Source: an uncultured virus (IMG/VR IMGVR_UViG_3300034110_001129)
Lineage: Duplodnaviria > Heunggongvirae > Uroviricota > Caudoviricetes
Strand: one strand, 5' to 3'
Length of the DNA stretch: 64,000 nt
IMG/VR virus record: IMGVR_UViG_3300034110_001129
Below are positions 49,868 through 59,194 of the stretch, one piece after another. Positions within the stretch are counted from its first letter, which is position 1, and the number at the start of each line of letters is the position of its first letter. The position numbers and the translations under genes were made by a program. The notes beneath the pieces were generated by a model. The model was not told the origin of the DNA. It was given only the letters and a program-made list of their open reading frames with translations, and did no database searches.

Positions 49868-50776
49868 CTACTGAATGTGACCTTCATGTTTCAAAATCAT
49901 AAACTGAGCAACTTTAACAGCGTCTTCAAGTTCACCTCTAAACATCGTGATAAAGGCACCTTTATGACAGAAAAACAAACCCTTAATACCAGAGGCTTTT
50001 TCAAGTTCTTCTCCACTCAGTCCAAGCCATTCTTGTGGAGCTGGAACTCGTTTAGAATAGTCATCATTAACGGTTAATGGAACAGTTTCAATGGCCCATG
50101 CTCCCTTACTGTGTGGATAGATAACCATTTTTTTATCTGGCAAGTGTGCCACACGTTTTGCAGCGTCTTTTATATTGCTTGTACATACTACAATGTTTTT
50201 GTATTTTTCACTATTTTTAATAGCTTTAGCAATCGCTTTTTCAGCTTTCATGTTGCCACGAACATAAACAAAATAGTTGATAAAATGAGATTTAGCTGGC
50301 TTAAGTGCCATCATAAACTGTTTATCTTGTTCGCGTGGGTCATCAGGCTTACGGTTATACATGACCAAGAAATTACAATCACTGAATTTGGCAATTCCAT
50401 TGTCTTGCATATCAACACGACGAATGAATTCTTGTTCCAACACATTCATTGTTTCATCATTCATTTTGCCGTTAAGATATTTGTTGGCACGCAACCATTT
50501 CCATACCATACCACAAGACGACAGTGGCAGACCATCATCCCAGCAAAGGCTAGAATCATTCTGGTGATGATCGAAATTCCGCATAGCTGGATCATATTTC
50601 AAACCTACATCAACCACAAAGGTATCCTGTTCAGCTTGACCAGACTCAATAATGGCTTTATCCCGAGTGCGAATTAATTCAAATTTTTGTCCATCAAATA
50701 CATAAAGAGACAAAAGGGCAACAGCCATCAATTCATCAAGGTGAAATTGTTGAGAATGGGTGATTACTTTAAACAT
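49868..50776 (-). CDS. MYG1 (UPF0160) family exonuclease
   Basis: THS..FH.DE..A, IRTRD, VDVG..YDP....FDHHQ, SS.G.VW, D..DNG, P.EW.GL and FCH...F motifs. Confidence 0.88.
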   Translation of the reverse strand: MFKVITHSQQFHLDELMAVALLSLYVFDGQKFELIRTRDKAIIESGQAEQDTFVVDVGLKYDPAMRNFDHHQNDSSLCWDDGLPLSSCGMVWKWLRANKYLNGKMNDETMNVLEQEFIRRVDMQDNGIAKFSDCNFLVMYNRKPDDPREQDKQFMMALKPAKSHFINYFVYVRGNMKAEKAIAKAIKNSEKYKNIVVCTSNIKDAAKRVAHLPDKKMVIYPHSKGAWAIETVPLTVNDDYSKRVPAPQEWLGLSGEELEKASGIKGLFFCHKGAFITMFRGELEDAVKVAQFMILKHEGHIQ

Positions 50777-50860
50777 TTGAGTTAATCCTGTTTGCTCTGA
50801 GTGGAGTGATTATAGCAAATTTTTAAATTTTGGTCAAGAAAAAAGCCTCCGAAGAGGCTT

Positions 50861-51280
50861 TTAGTCACCACCGCCGCCACCGCCGCCATCACTACTACCA
50901 CCACCATCACCGCCACTGCTTGGGCTGTGACCACCACTATCACCACCATGTGTATTATGATGATAAGCAGGGCTAGGGACATCAGAGCCGCTAGTATCAT
51001 GTTTACGATGTTTAGTTGATGTGTCATCATCATAAAACGTGTTATTCAATGGTGAGATTGGGTTCAATGGATGAAGTGGGTTTGATAGAATATCACTGCC
51101 ACTATCAGCCGTTCGCATACGTTCCCGCTCACGACGATCACGCTCTTCTCGTTCTCGTCTAGCCTTTTCGAGAATACGATCATGGTCTTCTTTTTTGGCC
51201 TTTTCCAATACTGAAGGCTCAATAGGTTGTTTAGTTTCTTTAACTTTAAAACCGAGAAGCTTCTTTACTGTATCTAGCAT
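50861..51280 (-). CDS. Hypothetical protein with Gly/Ser/Asp-rich tail
   Basis: AGGAG RBS; charged helix, NPL.PLNP.SP motif, GGDSGG..GGGGGGD end. Confidence 0.65.
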   Translation of the reverse strand: MLDTVKKLLGFKVKETKQPIEPSVLEKAKKEDHDRILEKARREREERDRRERERMRTADSGSDILSNPLHPLNPISPLNNTFYDDDTSTKHRKHDTSGSDVPSPAYHHNTHGGDSGGHSPSSGGDGGGSSDGGGGGGGD

Positions 51281-51369
51281 TGTAAATCTCCTTTAGATTT
51301 AGTAGTCTGCCAATTTCTATTTTTTGCGTGCAAATTATAACAGCTTTCTTTTCAAAAAGCCATTATTTT

Positions 51370-52173
51370 TTACTTAACAAAAGATACAATCTTAAAACGA
51401 GAATTCAATTTACTCAGTCTATCAGCAATATCTAATGGCACATTACTTAATACCAAGATATCTTTTTTATCGTTATACTGTTCATCAATATGAACCACAT
51501 GGTCAATATCACGGATATCTGAAAGTCGGTGTGAAATATGTTCATAATCCATAAAAATAGGATTAACATTATCCATTGATTTCATTTGTTCCCTCAGTTC
51601 AACAGCCACTGGCGAACCTTTTTCAAAGCTAAGCACTTGGTTGACATCAGCCAGAATAAAACCTTTTCTAGCATGTTTTAACCATTTCTCATTTTTTCGT
51701 AAAATAATTTCATTAATGACCGCATGATCATTACTTTGCATAGCCATTAAGAGAGCACATTGCTTAATAACGGTATCAATTTTTGCTAAGACATCTTCTT
51801 TGGAGACTTTACCTTTATAAGAACTAGTAGCAACACCAGAATACTTTTGAACAGATTCTGCAAAACGACCTACATACCCCGTCAATTTAATGAATCCAAT
51901 GTGGAAACTTTCACGTTGATAAGAAGACACTTCATCAAAAGCACTTGAAACAAGGGTATTCAAGCCTTCAAAATCATCAGACAAGTCAAGATGAATAGAA
52001 ACAGCTACCAGCAAGGTATCAATGGTTTCTTCAAGCATTTCAGAGAAATCAGCTAATACGATAGCTTCTCCGAGTTCACCCATTTCTTCGGTAAGTTTAG
52101 TGTTGCGTTGAAATAAAGTCTTTTTATCAAAAATCATTGAATTTTTAACTAATTTTTGTTGTAGATCTATCAT
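51370..52173 (-). CDS. MazG-like NTP pyrophosphohydrolase
   Basis: KLTEEMGELGEA...EETID motif; a second degenerate copy; K..KW. Confidence 0.72.
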   Translation of the reverse strand: MIDLQQKLVKNSMIFDKKTLFQRNTKLTEEMGELGEAIVLADFSEMLEETIDTLLVAVSIHLDLSDDFEGLNTLVSSAFDEVSSYQRESFHIGFIKLTGYVGRFAESVQKYSGVATSSYKGKVSKEDVLAKIDTVIKQCALLMAMQSNDHAVINEIILRKNEKWLKHARKGFILADVNQVLSFEKGSPVAVELREQMKSMDNVNPIFMDYEHISHRLSDIRDIDHVVHIDEQYNDKKDILVLSNVPLDIADRLSKLNSRFKIVSFVK

Positions 52174-52242
52174 TATAATTCCTCTAAGTTAAACAAGCAT
52201 GCCATATGAGCCAAGTATACCAGATGCTCAATTCGTTTTCAA

Positions 52243-53007
52243 TCAAATGCTCTGCATTTCATCCACCATAACCATCATTTCATACAATTCTTTATCAAAA
52301 CACTTTCCTGATGCAGCAAACGTATTGTTTTCAATCGTGTTGAGTTTGGGATGTAAAGAAAACAATGTTTTAAAGACTAAATCATCAACAGAAAAATAAA
52401 CTGAATCTTTATTATCATTGTAAAAATCATCAGTAATAATACCATTTTCAATAGTAACGCCGAATATTTCGTTTGAATACATTGAGTCATTGGCATTCTC
52501 TTTTAATGATAGACTCATATTATATTCAATCTGTATTTCAGTTGAACTCACAAATCTGCGAACTGTCCACATCATTATTTCGAAATGAATACCATTCAGC
52601 TTATTTTTGTAAGTAAGACTACGCTCACATTGTCCAATAGTCGGAAAATCAGGAATGAAAAAAGATATCTTATTAATATAATTTTTAAACATTTCAATAG
52701 ATGAAGTGGTGTCATGAACAGTAAAGTTTTCTCTTAGAAAGGAATCAAAATGAATATCATTATGAATCCAATGAGAAGTAAAATCATTAATATAACGACA
52801 ATGATCTTGTTCAATGCATAATATAAGCTCTCCATTAATATTATGAGGCTTTAAGAACATTTTAATTCTACCACTTGAAACAGGCTCATCATCGAAAATC
52901 TCAATATGGTTACATTTTTTGAAATCCTGATAAATTGTTTTCTCGCAATTAATGTAATCACGATTAACAATATCCAGTAACATTCGTTTATGATTTTTTT
53001 CTACCAT
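52243..53007 (-). CDS. Hypothetical protein with the shared C-terminal motif
   Basis: 254 aa; ends ELYEMMVMVDEMQSI. Confidence 0.7.
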   Translation of the reverse strand: MVEKNHKRMLLDIVNRDYINCEKTIYQDFKKCNHIEIFDDEPVSSGRIKMFLKPHNINGELILCIEQDHCRYINDFTSHWIHNDIHFDSFLRENFTVHDTTSSIEMFKNYINKISFFIPDFPTIGQCERSLTYKNKLNGIHFEIMMWTVRRFVSSTEIQIEYNMSLSLKENANDSMYSNEIFGVTIENGIITDDFYNDNKDSVYFSVDDLVFKTLFSLHPKLNTIENNTFAASGKCFDKELYEMMVMVDEMQSI

Positions 53008-53053
53008 AGAAGTAAGCCTCTGAATTTAGTTTCAATTACCTTTTTTAATTTTC

Positions 53054-53344
53054 TTAATGAAGACAAACAACACCTTCAATATGGCAATCACAAGTACAAA
53101 TTTCAATTTCTTTACCATAAATAAGCATTTTATATTCAAAATAGAAGACAGGTGGTGGCATTTTCTTTAAAAATTGAAATCGACCTCTTTTCTGAGGTTG
53201 GTAAGATTTCTGCACACTGATAATGGAAACGTCATCATTCGATTTATAACGTTTTCTATATGATTGTTGAAGTTTTTCTTCATCAAGTGTTCTATCAGGC
53301 TTTAAATACTGATCATAACAAAGCCTACAACATGCGGCTACCAT
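53054..53344 (-). CDS. Family F Cys/His-rich small protein
   Basis: CC..C...Y...D ... CTCDCH..G..CLH. Confidence 0.75.
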   Translation of the reverse strand: MVAACCRLCYDQYLKPDRTLDEEKLQQSYRKRYKSNDDVSIISVQKSYQPQKRGRFQFLKKMPPPVFYFEYKMLIYGKEIEICTCDCHIEGVVCLH

Positions 53345-53356
53345 AACATTCTCCTG

Positions 53357-53599
53357 TTAATGCATACAATTAATGCCTTCGACATGACAAGGACATGTGC
53401 AAAGAGATTCTTCTTTTTTACTATTAATCACATAAGTTCGTTCCAGCAATGGAAGATTATTACGAGTAAATGGATTCTGTTCTTGTCGAACTTCAACAAC
53501 CGAACCTTTACCAAAAACAGACTCAATAAATTGCTGACTAATTTCCCCATCAGCTTTAATGTATTTTTTATAGCAGTGGTCACAACATGGCATTACCAT
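53357..53599 (-). CDS. Family F Cys/His-rich small protein
   Basis: CCDHC...YI..D ... CTCPCH..G..CMH. Confidence 0.75.
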   Translation of the reverse strand: MVMPCCDHCYKKYIKADGEISQQFIESVFGKGSVVEVRQEQNPFTRNNLPLLERTYVINSKKEESLCTCPCHVEGINCMH

Positions 53600-53621
53600 A
53601 ATTTAATTCTCCTATTTCTAT

Positions 53622-53879
53622 TTAATGCATAACACATAAGTTTGGATCATTCAGATGACAATCACAATCACAGATTTTTGTTTCTTGCCCTTCATGAACA
53701 ATATAGAGAACATCCATATCAGGAAGCTGTCGTCTTGCTGAGCTAAATGGATGTGGTTCTTTTTTATAGACGAAAGTAGCCGTCTCACCAAAATGTTTAA
53801 AAAGAAACTTTTTGTTAATGGTTTTATCCATTTCAATGTAACGGACACCATCATATTGACAACATGCTCGCACAATCAT
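53622..53879 (-). CDS. Family F Cys/His-rich small protein
   Basis: CC......YI..D..I...F....FG ... CDCDCH......VMH. Confidence 0.75.
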   Translation of the reverse strand: MIVRACCQYDGVRYIEMDKTINKKFLFKHFGETATFVYKKEPHPFSSARRQLPDMDVLYIVHEGQETKICDCDCHLNDPNLCVMH

Positions 53880-53887
53880 TCTCCTAA

Positions 53888-54142
53888 TTAATGTAAAACA
53901 TAGATACCATTACCAGTGATATGACACTCGCAGGTACACAATTTAATGCGTTCGGCACCTTTAATAACATAAGTAACTTGAACATCTCGCAATTTCTTTT
54001 CTGGTGTATTATAAGGATTGGGTTCTTTTACTGTTTCAACCGTCGATTCTTGACCAAAATGTTCAACCACAAAGCTTTCTTTGATGGTTTTGTCACTGTT
54101 TATGTATGGAACATGTGTATGTTTACAACAAGCATCACTCAT
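53888..54142 (-). CDS. Family F Cys/His-rich small protein
   Basis: CCKH....YI..D..I...F....FG ... CTCECH......VLH. Confidence 0.75.
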   Translation of the reverse strand: MSDACCKHTHVPYINSDKTIKESFVVEHFGQESTVETVKEPNPYNTPEKKLRDVQVTYVIKGAERIKLCTCECHITGNGIYVLH

Positions 54143-54144
54143 AA

Positions 54145-54522
54145 TTATTTCACCTTTTCCTTTAATAAAAACCCTAAACTAAATACATACCTTGAACAGC
54201 CCACTACTTTCGTGACGGAATGTTTCGAGATATCTGGTCTAAAAAACTTAATTCTCGACCAATTGATAATGCTGGTTTCAGAAAGAAACTCCCCACCAGA
54301 ACGAGACTTCTTTAAAATGACATTCAAACGATAATGCTTAAATCCAGCCTGAACAGTGTCAGTATGTTCAGGAATTGCAGAGCCTTCTGGAAATTTGAGC
54401 AAATACACATCAAAAGGAATAGGCCACATGGATTCAAGTAAAGCAACCTTACTGTAACCAGATGACTGTCTGCCTGTTTTCCATGTAAATCTATTCAAAA
54501 ATTTCATTTTTAAGGTCACCAT
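54145..54522 (-). CDS. 2OG-Fe(II) oxygenase-like protein
   Basis: H.D (HTD), GGEF, HSVT.V..C.R facial-triad-like arrangement. Confidence 0.6.
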   Translation of the reverse strand: MVTLKMKFLNRFTWKTGRQSSGYSKVALLESMWPIPFDVYLLKFPEGSAIPEHTDTVQAGFKHYRLNVILKKSRSGGEFLSETSIINWSRIKFFRPDISKHSVTKVVGCSRYVFSLGFLLKEKVK

Positions 54523-54671
54523 AACAAGATTCCATTTAAAATTTGTTAAGTATTATACCTGAAATCATAGCATGTTGTCAATTAAACTGCGAAATCCAAT
54601 CAAAAGGTGACATAATTTTGTATTTATGATATAATTGTCGCATTATATCAATTTAAATGTGAGGTCGTTAA

Positions 54672-55304
54672 ATGAACATACATCAGCAAAAAGATTTTTT
54701 TCTTGAACAATTGACGATATTATCTAAAATTGATAATTTTGAAATTGAAAACAATAACGCATATGTTCAAAGTTTAGATTTCTTAGATAATACGAATGAC
54801 TATTTGTTATACAATATTAAACATCCACAAATGATTTTGCCAGCCATATTTAAAAATTATTCTGGTTTGAAGCTTCACAGTTTGGTTGAGGATTTAAACA
54901 CGGTTATGAAGCCTTATTTAAAAGCGATTGAATTAGATTTCGATTTTAGACATATGTCATGGAACGAAAAACATAAAGTAGGCATGAAAAAAGACTACAC
55001 CAAAGCCACTGACGTTGACTATTATGCCATTAAATTTATTAATTATGCAGAAGATGGAACAACAACCGTTTTTTCAATTAGATTTTACGTCGAACCAATA
55101 CAAGCTTACTATAATGTGACCAATGATTTTAAAGTTTCTCACGATGTCTGGACAGAACTAGGCGTTTACTACCAAGACTTGAATTCAATTATCAAGCCAA
55201 TGTTGTCAGCCTATAATGAGCAACTTTCAAAAACATTGACCTATTCTGTTGATGTAGTGGACGATGAAGTTATTGAAGTCTTAAATATGTTAAAAATTCA
55301 CTGA
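54672..55304 (+). CDS. Hypothetical protein with the shared C-terminal motif
   Basis: 210 aa, GAGG RBS; ends DDEVIEVLNMLKIH. Confidence 0.7.
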   Translation: MNIHQQKDFFLEQLTILSKIDNFEIENNNAYVQSLDFLDNTNDYLLYNIKHPQMILPAIFKNYSGLKLHSLVEDLNTVMKPYLKAIELDFDFRHMSWNEKHKVGMKKDYTKATDVDYYAIKFINYAEDGTTTVFSIRFYVEPIQAYYNVTNDFKVSHDVWTELGVYYQDLNSIIKPMLSAYNEQLSKTLTYSVDVVDDEVIEVLNMLKIH

Positions 55305-55412
55305 TAAAAAACCTATCGATGGATAAAAATTAAGCCGCTTAATGCGGTTTTTTTGTGTCGGTTTTTAATAAATTGTCTTTTTTATTTTTGATGTTTAAAT
55401 AAAAAACCCGCA

Positions 55413-56672
55413 CTAGGCGGGCTTTTTAATCAATCGAAACTCTCGTTTACCTCGTTGGAATACTGCAAATTTTCCAAACTTGAAATCTGTAATTTCAAGA
55501 GCATTCATTTCTTCTTCACTGGCAATCAACTTATTACCGTTGACTTGAACCGCACCACTCTGGATAAATTCACGGCCTTGTCGTTTAGACTTCGCCAACC
55601 CAGTCGCTACCATCAAATCCAACACGTTCAACGTTTCTGGAACAACCGCTACCATGCCATTTTTTTCAAGACTTGCAAAATCATCTTCTTGCAAGCTATC
55701 AAAGTTATTGTCAAACAACGCTTTGATGTTACGCAACACTGAATCAAGTGCCGCTTGACCATGAACAATAACGGTCAGTTCTTCAGCCAACATCTGCTGA
55801 GCCAATGGTTTTGTGCGTTCCTTATCAGCTTCAAGGATAGCGTCAATTTCTTCAATAGACTTAAACGACAGCATTTTAAAGAACTTTGGAATATCCGCAT
55901 CTGCCACTTTCAACCAAAACTGGAAGAAATCAAAAGGACTTGTCATATCGGCTGACAACCATACAGCACCACTCTCACTCTTACCAAACTTGGTACCATC
56001 TGCCTTAGTCAACAACGGCATAGTCAACCCTGTTGCCACAACATCATTACCTTCCTTACGGTGAATAAGATCAATACCAGCCGTAATGTTACCCCACTGA
56101 TCGCTACCACCTAATTGAAGACGGCAGTTTTTCTCTTTCAGCAAGTGATGGAAGTCCATTGACTGCAGGAGCTGGTATGAGAATTCGGTAAAAGAAATCC
56201 CTTGGTCATCACGTTCCAAACGGCTACGCACTGAATCTTTGCTCATCATTGAATTCACTGAGAAATGCTTACCAACATCACGAAGAAAGTCAATAATAGA
56301 CAAGTTAACAGTCCAATCATGGTTATCAACTAGCTCTACATCACCCAGAATGCCTTTGATTTGCCCTGCAATACCAGCTTTGAAGCGATTGACCGTAGCA
56401 GCATCATTCAACGTCCTTTCTTGTGCTTTAAAGCTAGGGTCACCAATCATGCCCGTAGCACCACCAATCAATGGGAATACAGTATGACCCGCTTTCTTAA
56501 ATCGAAGCATAGTAATCAATGGCAACAGGCTACCCACATGCAAAGATTCTGCAGTGGGGTCAAATCCGCAGTATAGCGACAAACCATTGTCCATCAGATC
56601 TGAAATCTTAGCTTCATCGGTCATTTGAGCAACGAGGCCACGTTGTTTGAGTTCTTGAATAAAAGCGTTCAT
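55413..56672 (-). CDS. tyrS: Tyrosyl-tRNA synthetase
   Basis: YCGFDPTA.SLHVG (HIGH), GGATGMIGDPS, ISFTEFSYQLLQ..D, GGSDQWGNI, KFGKS (KMSKS), C-terminal S4 domain; start at MNAF after GGAG. Confidence 0.97.
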   Translation of the reverse strand: MNAFIQELKQRGLVAQMTDEAKISDLMDNGLSLYCGFDPTAESLHVGSLLPLITMLRFKKAGHTVFPLIGGATGMIGDPSFKAQERTLNDAATVNRFKAGIAGQIKGILGDVELVDNHDWTVNLSIIDFLRDVGKHFSVNSMMSKDSVRSRLERDDQGISFTEFSYQLLQSMDFHHLLKEKNCRLQLGGSDQWGNITAGIDLIHRKEGNDVVATGLTMPLLTKADGTKFGKSESGAVWLSADMTSPFDFFQFWLKVADADIPKFFKMLSFKSIEEIDAILEADKERTKPLAQQMLAEELTVIVHGQAALDSVLRNIKALFDNNFDSLQEDDFASLEKNGMVAVVPETLNVLDLMVATGLAKSKRQGREFIQSGAVQVNGNKLIASEEEMNALEITDFKFGKFAVFQRGKREFRLIKKPA

Positions 56673-56768
56673 AATATTTTTCTCCACGAAAATTTAATTG
56701 TGTTTTGATGTGTAGCTGAATTTTAGTTAAATAGATAATGCCTCACGAGAGACATTGAGTGGAGAAGT

Positions 56769-56822
56769 TCAATATCGAACAGTGAAAGATTTTTGAAAGT
56801 GAAATGTATTTGAAGCGTTCAT
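56769..56822 (-). CDS. Possible leader peptide upstream of tyrS (MNASNTFHFQKSFTVRY)
   Basis: AAGGA RBS; lies between a TTGCTT-17-TAGAAT promoter (56861-56889) and tyrS; followed by an 8-bp hairpin. Confidence 0.45.
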   Translation of the reverse strand: MNASNTFHFQKSFTVRY

Positions 56823-56900
56823 GTTTGTATTCCTTTTAAGGCGTTTCGTTTAATAAGGCTATTCTAACAAAAAATAGAAGAGAAAGCAAGAAAATCTTGC

Positions 56901-57494
56901 TTAACTTTGAGTGGGTTTCCATTTTTTTGTTTCTTTCAAGGTATCGGCTCTGAAAATATCATTATTTCCGATGGTGTAATTACTCATAATATCGAGATTA
57001 AATAGGTGTTTGTTATTGTTCAATGTCTCGGAAGCTATGATGTTATAAACAGTTTTTTGGTTTACAAACTCATTCTGACTGACTTTGCTTTTTTCGATAT
57101 TTTTTAAGGTGTCATTAGATATGTAGTTTCCAATCTCTTTAATGGAAGCTTGAAAGTCTTCTATTGTTTTATTCTTTCTACCTGATAATACCGCTTCAAT
57201 CTGATTATCAGATAATGAGAGATTGGCTGTCTGCATAACAGGAAGGTCATTTTTCCAGTCAGTTTCTATTTGTTTAATCTTTGGATAAAGATCAATGAAG
57301 TCACGTCTTAAAACGACTACTTGCAAATCATTATAATAATTTTGGAAATAATTTTTGATGTGTTCACTTTTTGATTGTTGCATAAGCTGATTGATGTTGA
57401 ACACTTGTCTTAAAACAGATAAATCATCCATTCCTTTATTGTTGAATGCATTTAATTCTTGATCTTCTATTTTATTTAGCATATGGATAACCAT
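56901..57494 (-). CDS. Hypothetical protein with basic tail
   Basis: 197-aa ORF. Confidence 0.6.
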   Translation of the reverse strand: MVIHMLNKIEDQELNAFNNKGMDDLSVLRQVFNINQLMQQSKSEHIKNYFQNYYNDLQVVVLRRDFIDLYPKIKQIETDWKNDLPVMQTANLSLSDNQIEAVLSGRKNKTIEDFQASIKEIGNYISNDTLKNIEKSKVSQNEFVNQKTVYNIIASETLNNNKHLFNLDIMSNYTIGNNDIFRADTLKETKKWKPTQS

Positions 57495-57578
57495 TGTTGA
57501 TTAGTACATTTTAACATAATTCATTATAAAAAAAAAGAGGCGTCAGCCTCTTGTTGTCGAATGATTGTCAACTAAGTC

Positions 57579-57974
57579 TCAAAGAGCAATCGCTAAGTCA
57601 ACCAGTTTGTGTAGATTGTCAACGCCACATTGTTCTAACATCGGAATATCAACAGCAAAGATATCAACGACTTCTTTTTCCATTGTCTTAGCTTGGAAAA
57701 TAAAATCATCGAATGAGCAAAACACAAAGACTTTAAAGACATCGCTCTCAATGTGTCCTAACGATGACCACTGATCCACAAAGGTAGTTACACCCGTTTC
57801 TTCTTTAAACTCTCTAATCATGGCTTGCATAGCTGTTTCACCTGCTTCAATTTTTCCACCAATACCATTCAATAACCCACGTTGCCATTCAGGACTTAAT
57901 TTTCGAATTAATAATATTTTACGACGATCTGCACTGAGGGCAATACCCAAAACATACTCTTGTTTATTATTCAT
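57579..57974 (-). CDS. Nudix hydrolase
   Basis: P.WQ.G.LNGIGGKIE.GE....AM.REF.EETG Nudix box. Confidence 0.9.
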   Translation of the reverse strand: MNNKQEYVLGIALSADRRKILLIRKLSPEWQRGLLNGIGGKIEAGETAMQAMIREFKEETGVTTFVDQWSSLGHIESDVFKVFVFCSFDDFIFQAKTMEKEVVDIFAVDIPMLEQCGVDNLHKLVDLAIAL

Positions 57975-58088
57975 GATGATATCCTTTTAGTTAATTAATC
58001 TTCAAGCATACATCAAAAAAGCAAGATTAAAAGAGTAGCTAGAAACATTTAAAGTAAAATATATTATGATATAATAGAACTAACAACT

Positions 58089-59165
58089 ATGTATTTTAAT
58101 ATGTATTTTAAAAAAGAGTTTATAGATGAAGCTATAAAAAAAGAATTTACTGAAACGTATAACGCTGAGTTTGCTGTAGCCTATTACCAGAAGACTAACA
58201 GTATTGAACATGTAGAACTTGGGATGGTGACTTGTAATCATAATGGAATAGCCGTTAAGAAAGCCATTGTTAGACAAACATATATGTCTGATCTTGACAC
58301 TCAGAAAATGGAATACAAGTTCATTGAAATATCAGGTTCCAAATCAACATTAGGAAATACTCATCTTATTAATCCTGATTATAAGTATAAAAGAGGCGAA
58401 TTAACGGATGTTATGTTTACACCACTTAGTAAAGAACAATTTCAAAAAGAGTTTGGCCTGTTGAATAAAGAAAAGATAAAGGAAGCCAGCAGCCTGATGA
58501 GTCATTTTTGTAATCTTAAAGAGGAAGGTGTTATTTATTCAAAAGATGGAGAAGAGTTCCAATACAAAATTATTGAAAACAGTGACCTGACATTAACTTC
58601 ATACCTATTATTAGATGAATTAAGGCTTTACAAAGATAATATTCAAGTGGGTTATTTAAAAACGAAATACACAAGCGATTTAATTATTCAAGAACTGCTA
58701 GGAAAAGATTACACCATTCAAAAAGACAAGAACGTAGACCCAGAACATAAAATGGAATACTTAAAAGAGAAAGGTATTGAGCATACTGAGTTAAATCATG
58801 ATATTGTGTTTAATCTAACCAAAACTCAATTACAAGATAACTATAAAAAAATACAACGAGAACTAAAAGTGTTTAATGACATTGCTACGGTTGACTACTC
58901 AAAGATGAGTGATCAATATAAAGGCAGAGGGTTAGGCACACAAATGTATTTGAAGATAGCCCAACATTATGACAACAAAAATATTATGTTTAGAAGTTCA
59001 TCATTGCAATCACCCAGTGCAAAAGGATTATGGCAGAGAATAAAGACCGAACACCCCAACCTGATAAAAGAGATTAGTATAGGTGAACAAAATTATTATT
59101 CATTAAGTCATAAAGAACCTGTCAACAAACTACAAACAAAAAGAAAAAACAAGAAAACTCTATGA
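58089..59165 (+). CDS. Protein with a C-terminal GNAT-like domain
   Basis: VDY...YKGRGLG..MY acetyl-CoA-binding motif, SS..QS..A..LW; basic tail. Confidence 0.6.
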   Translation: MYFNMYFKKEFIDEAIKKEFTETYNAEFAVAYYQKTNSIEHVELGMVTCNHNGIAVKKAIVRQTYMSDLDTQKMEYKFIEISGSKSTLGNTHLINPDYKYKRGELTDVMFTPLSKEQFQKEFGLLNKEKIKEASSLMSHFCNLKEEGVIYSKDGEEFQYKIIENSDLTLTSYLLLDELRLYKDNIQVGYLKTKYTSDLIIQELLGKDYTIQKDKNVDPEHKMEYLKEKGIEHTELNHDIVFNLTKTQLQDNYKKIQRELKVFNDIATVDYSKMSDQYKGRGLGTQMYLKIAQHYDNKNIMFRSSSLQSPSAKGLWQRIKTEHPNLIKEISIGEQNYYSLSHKEPVNKLQTKRKNKKTL

Positions 59166-59194
59166 ATAGAGTTTTTTTAATAAGTAATCTTTAA

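Noticed and set aside
50782..51033. Hydrophobic 83-aa ORF and the ccg/cca triplet repeats
   Set aside because: Alternative frame of the Gly/Ser/Asp-rich tail of 50861-51280.
55413..56889. T-box riboswitch upstream of tyrS
   Set aside because: No T-box consensus (AAGGTGGNACC-type) or strong terminator found in the short leader.
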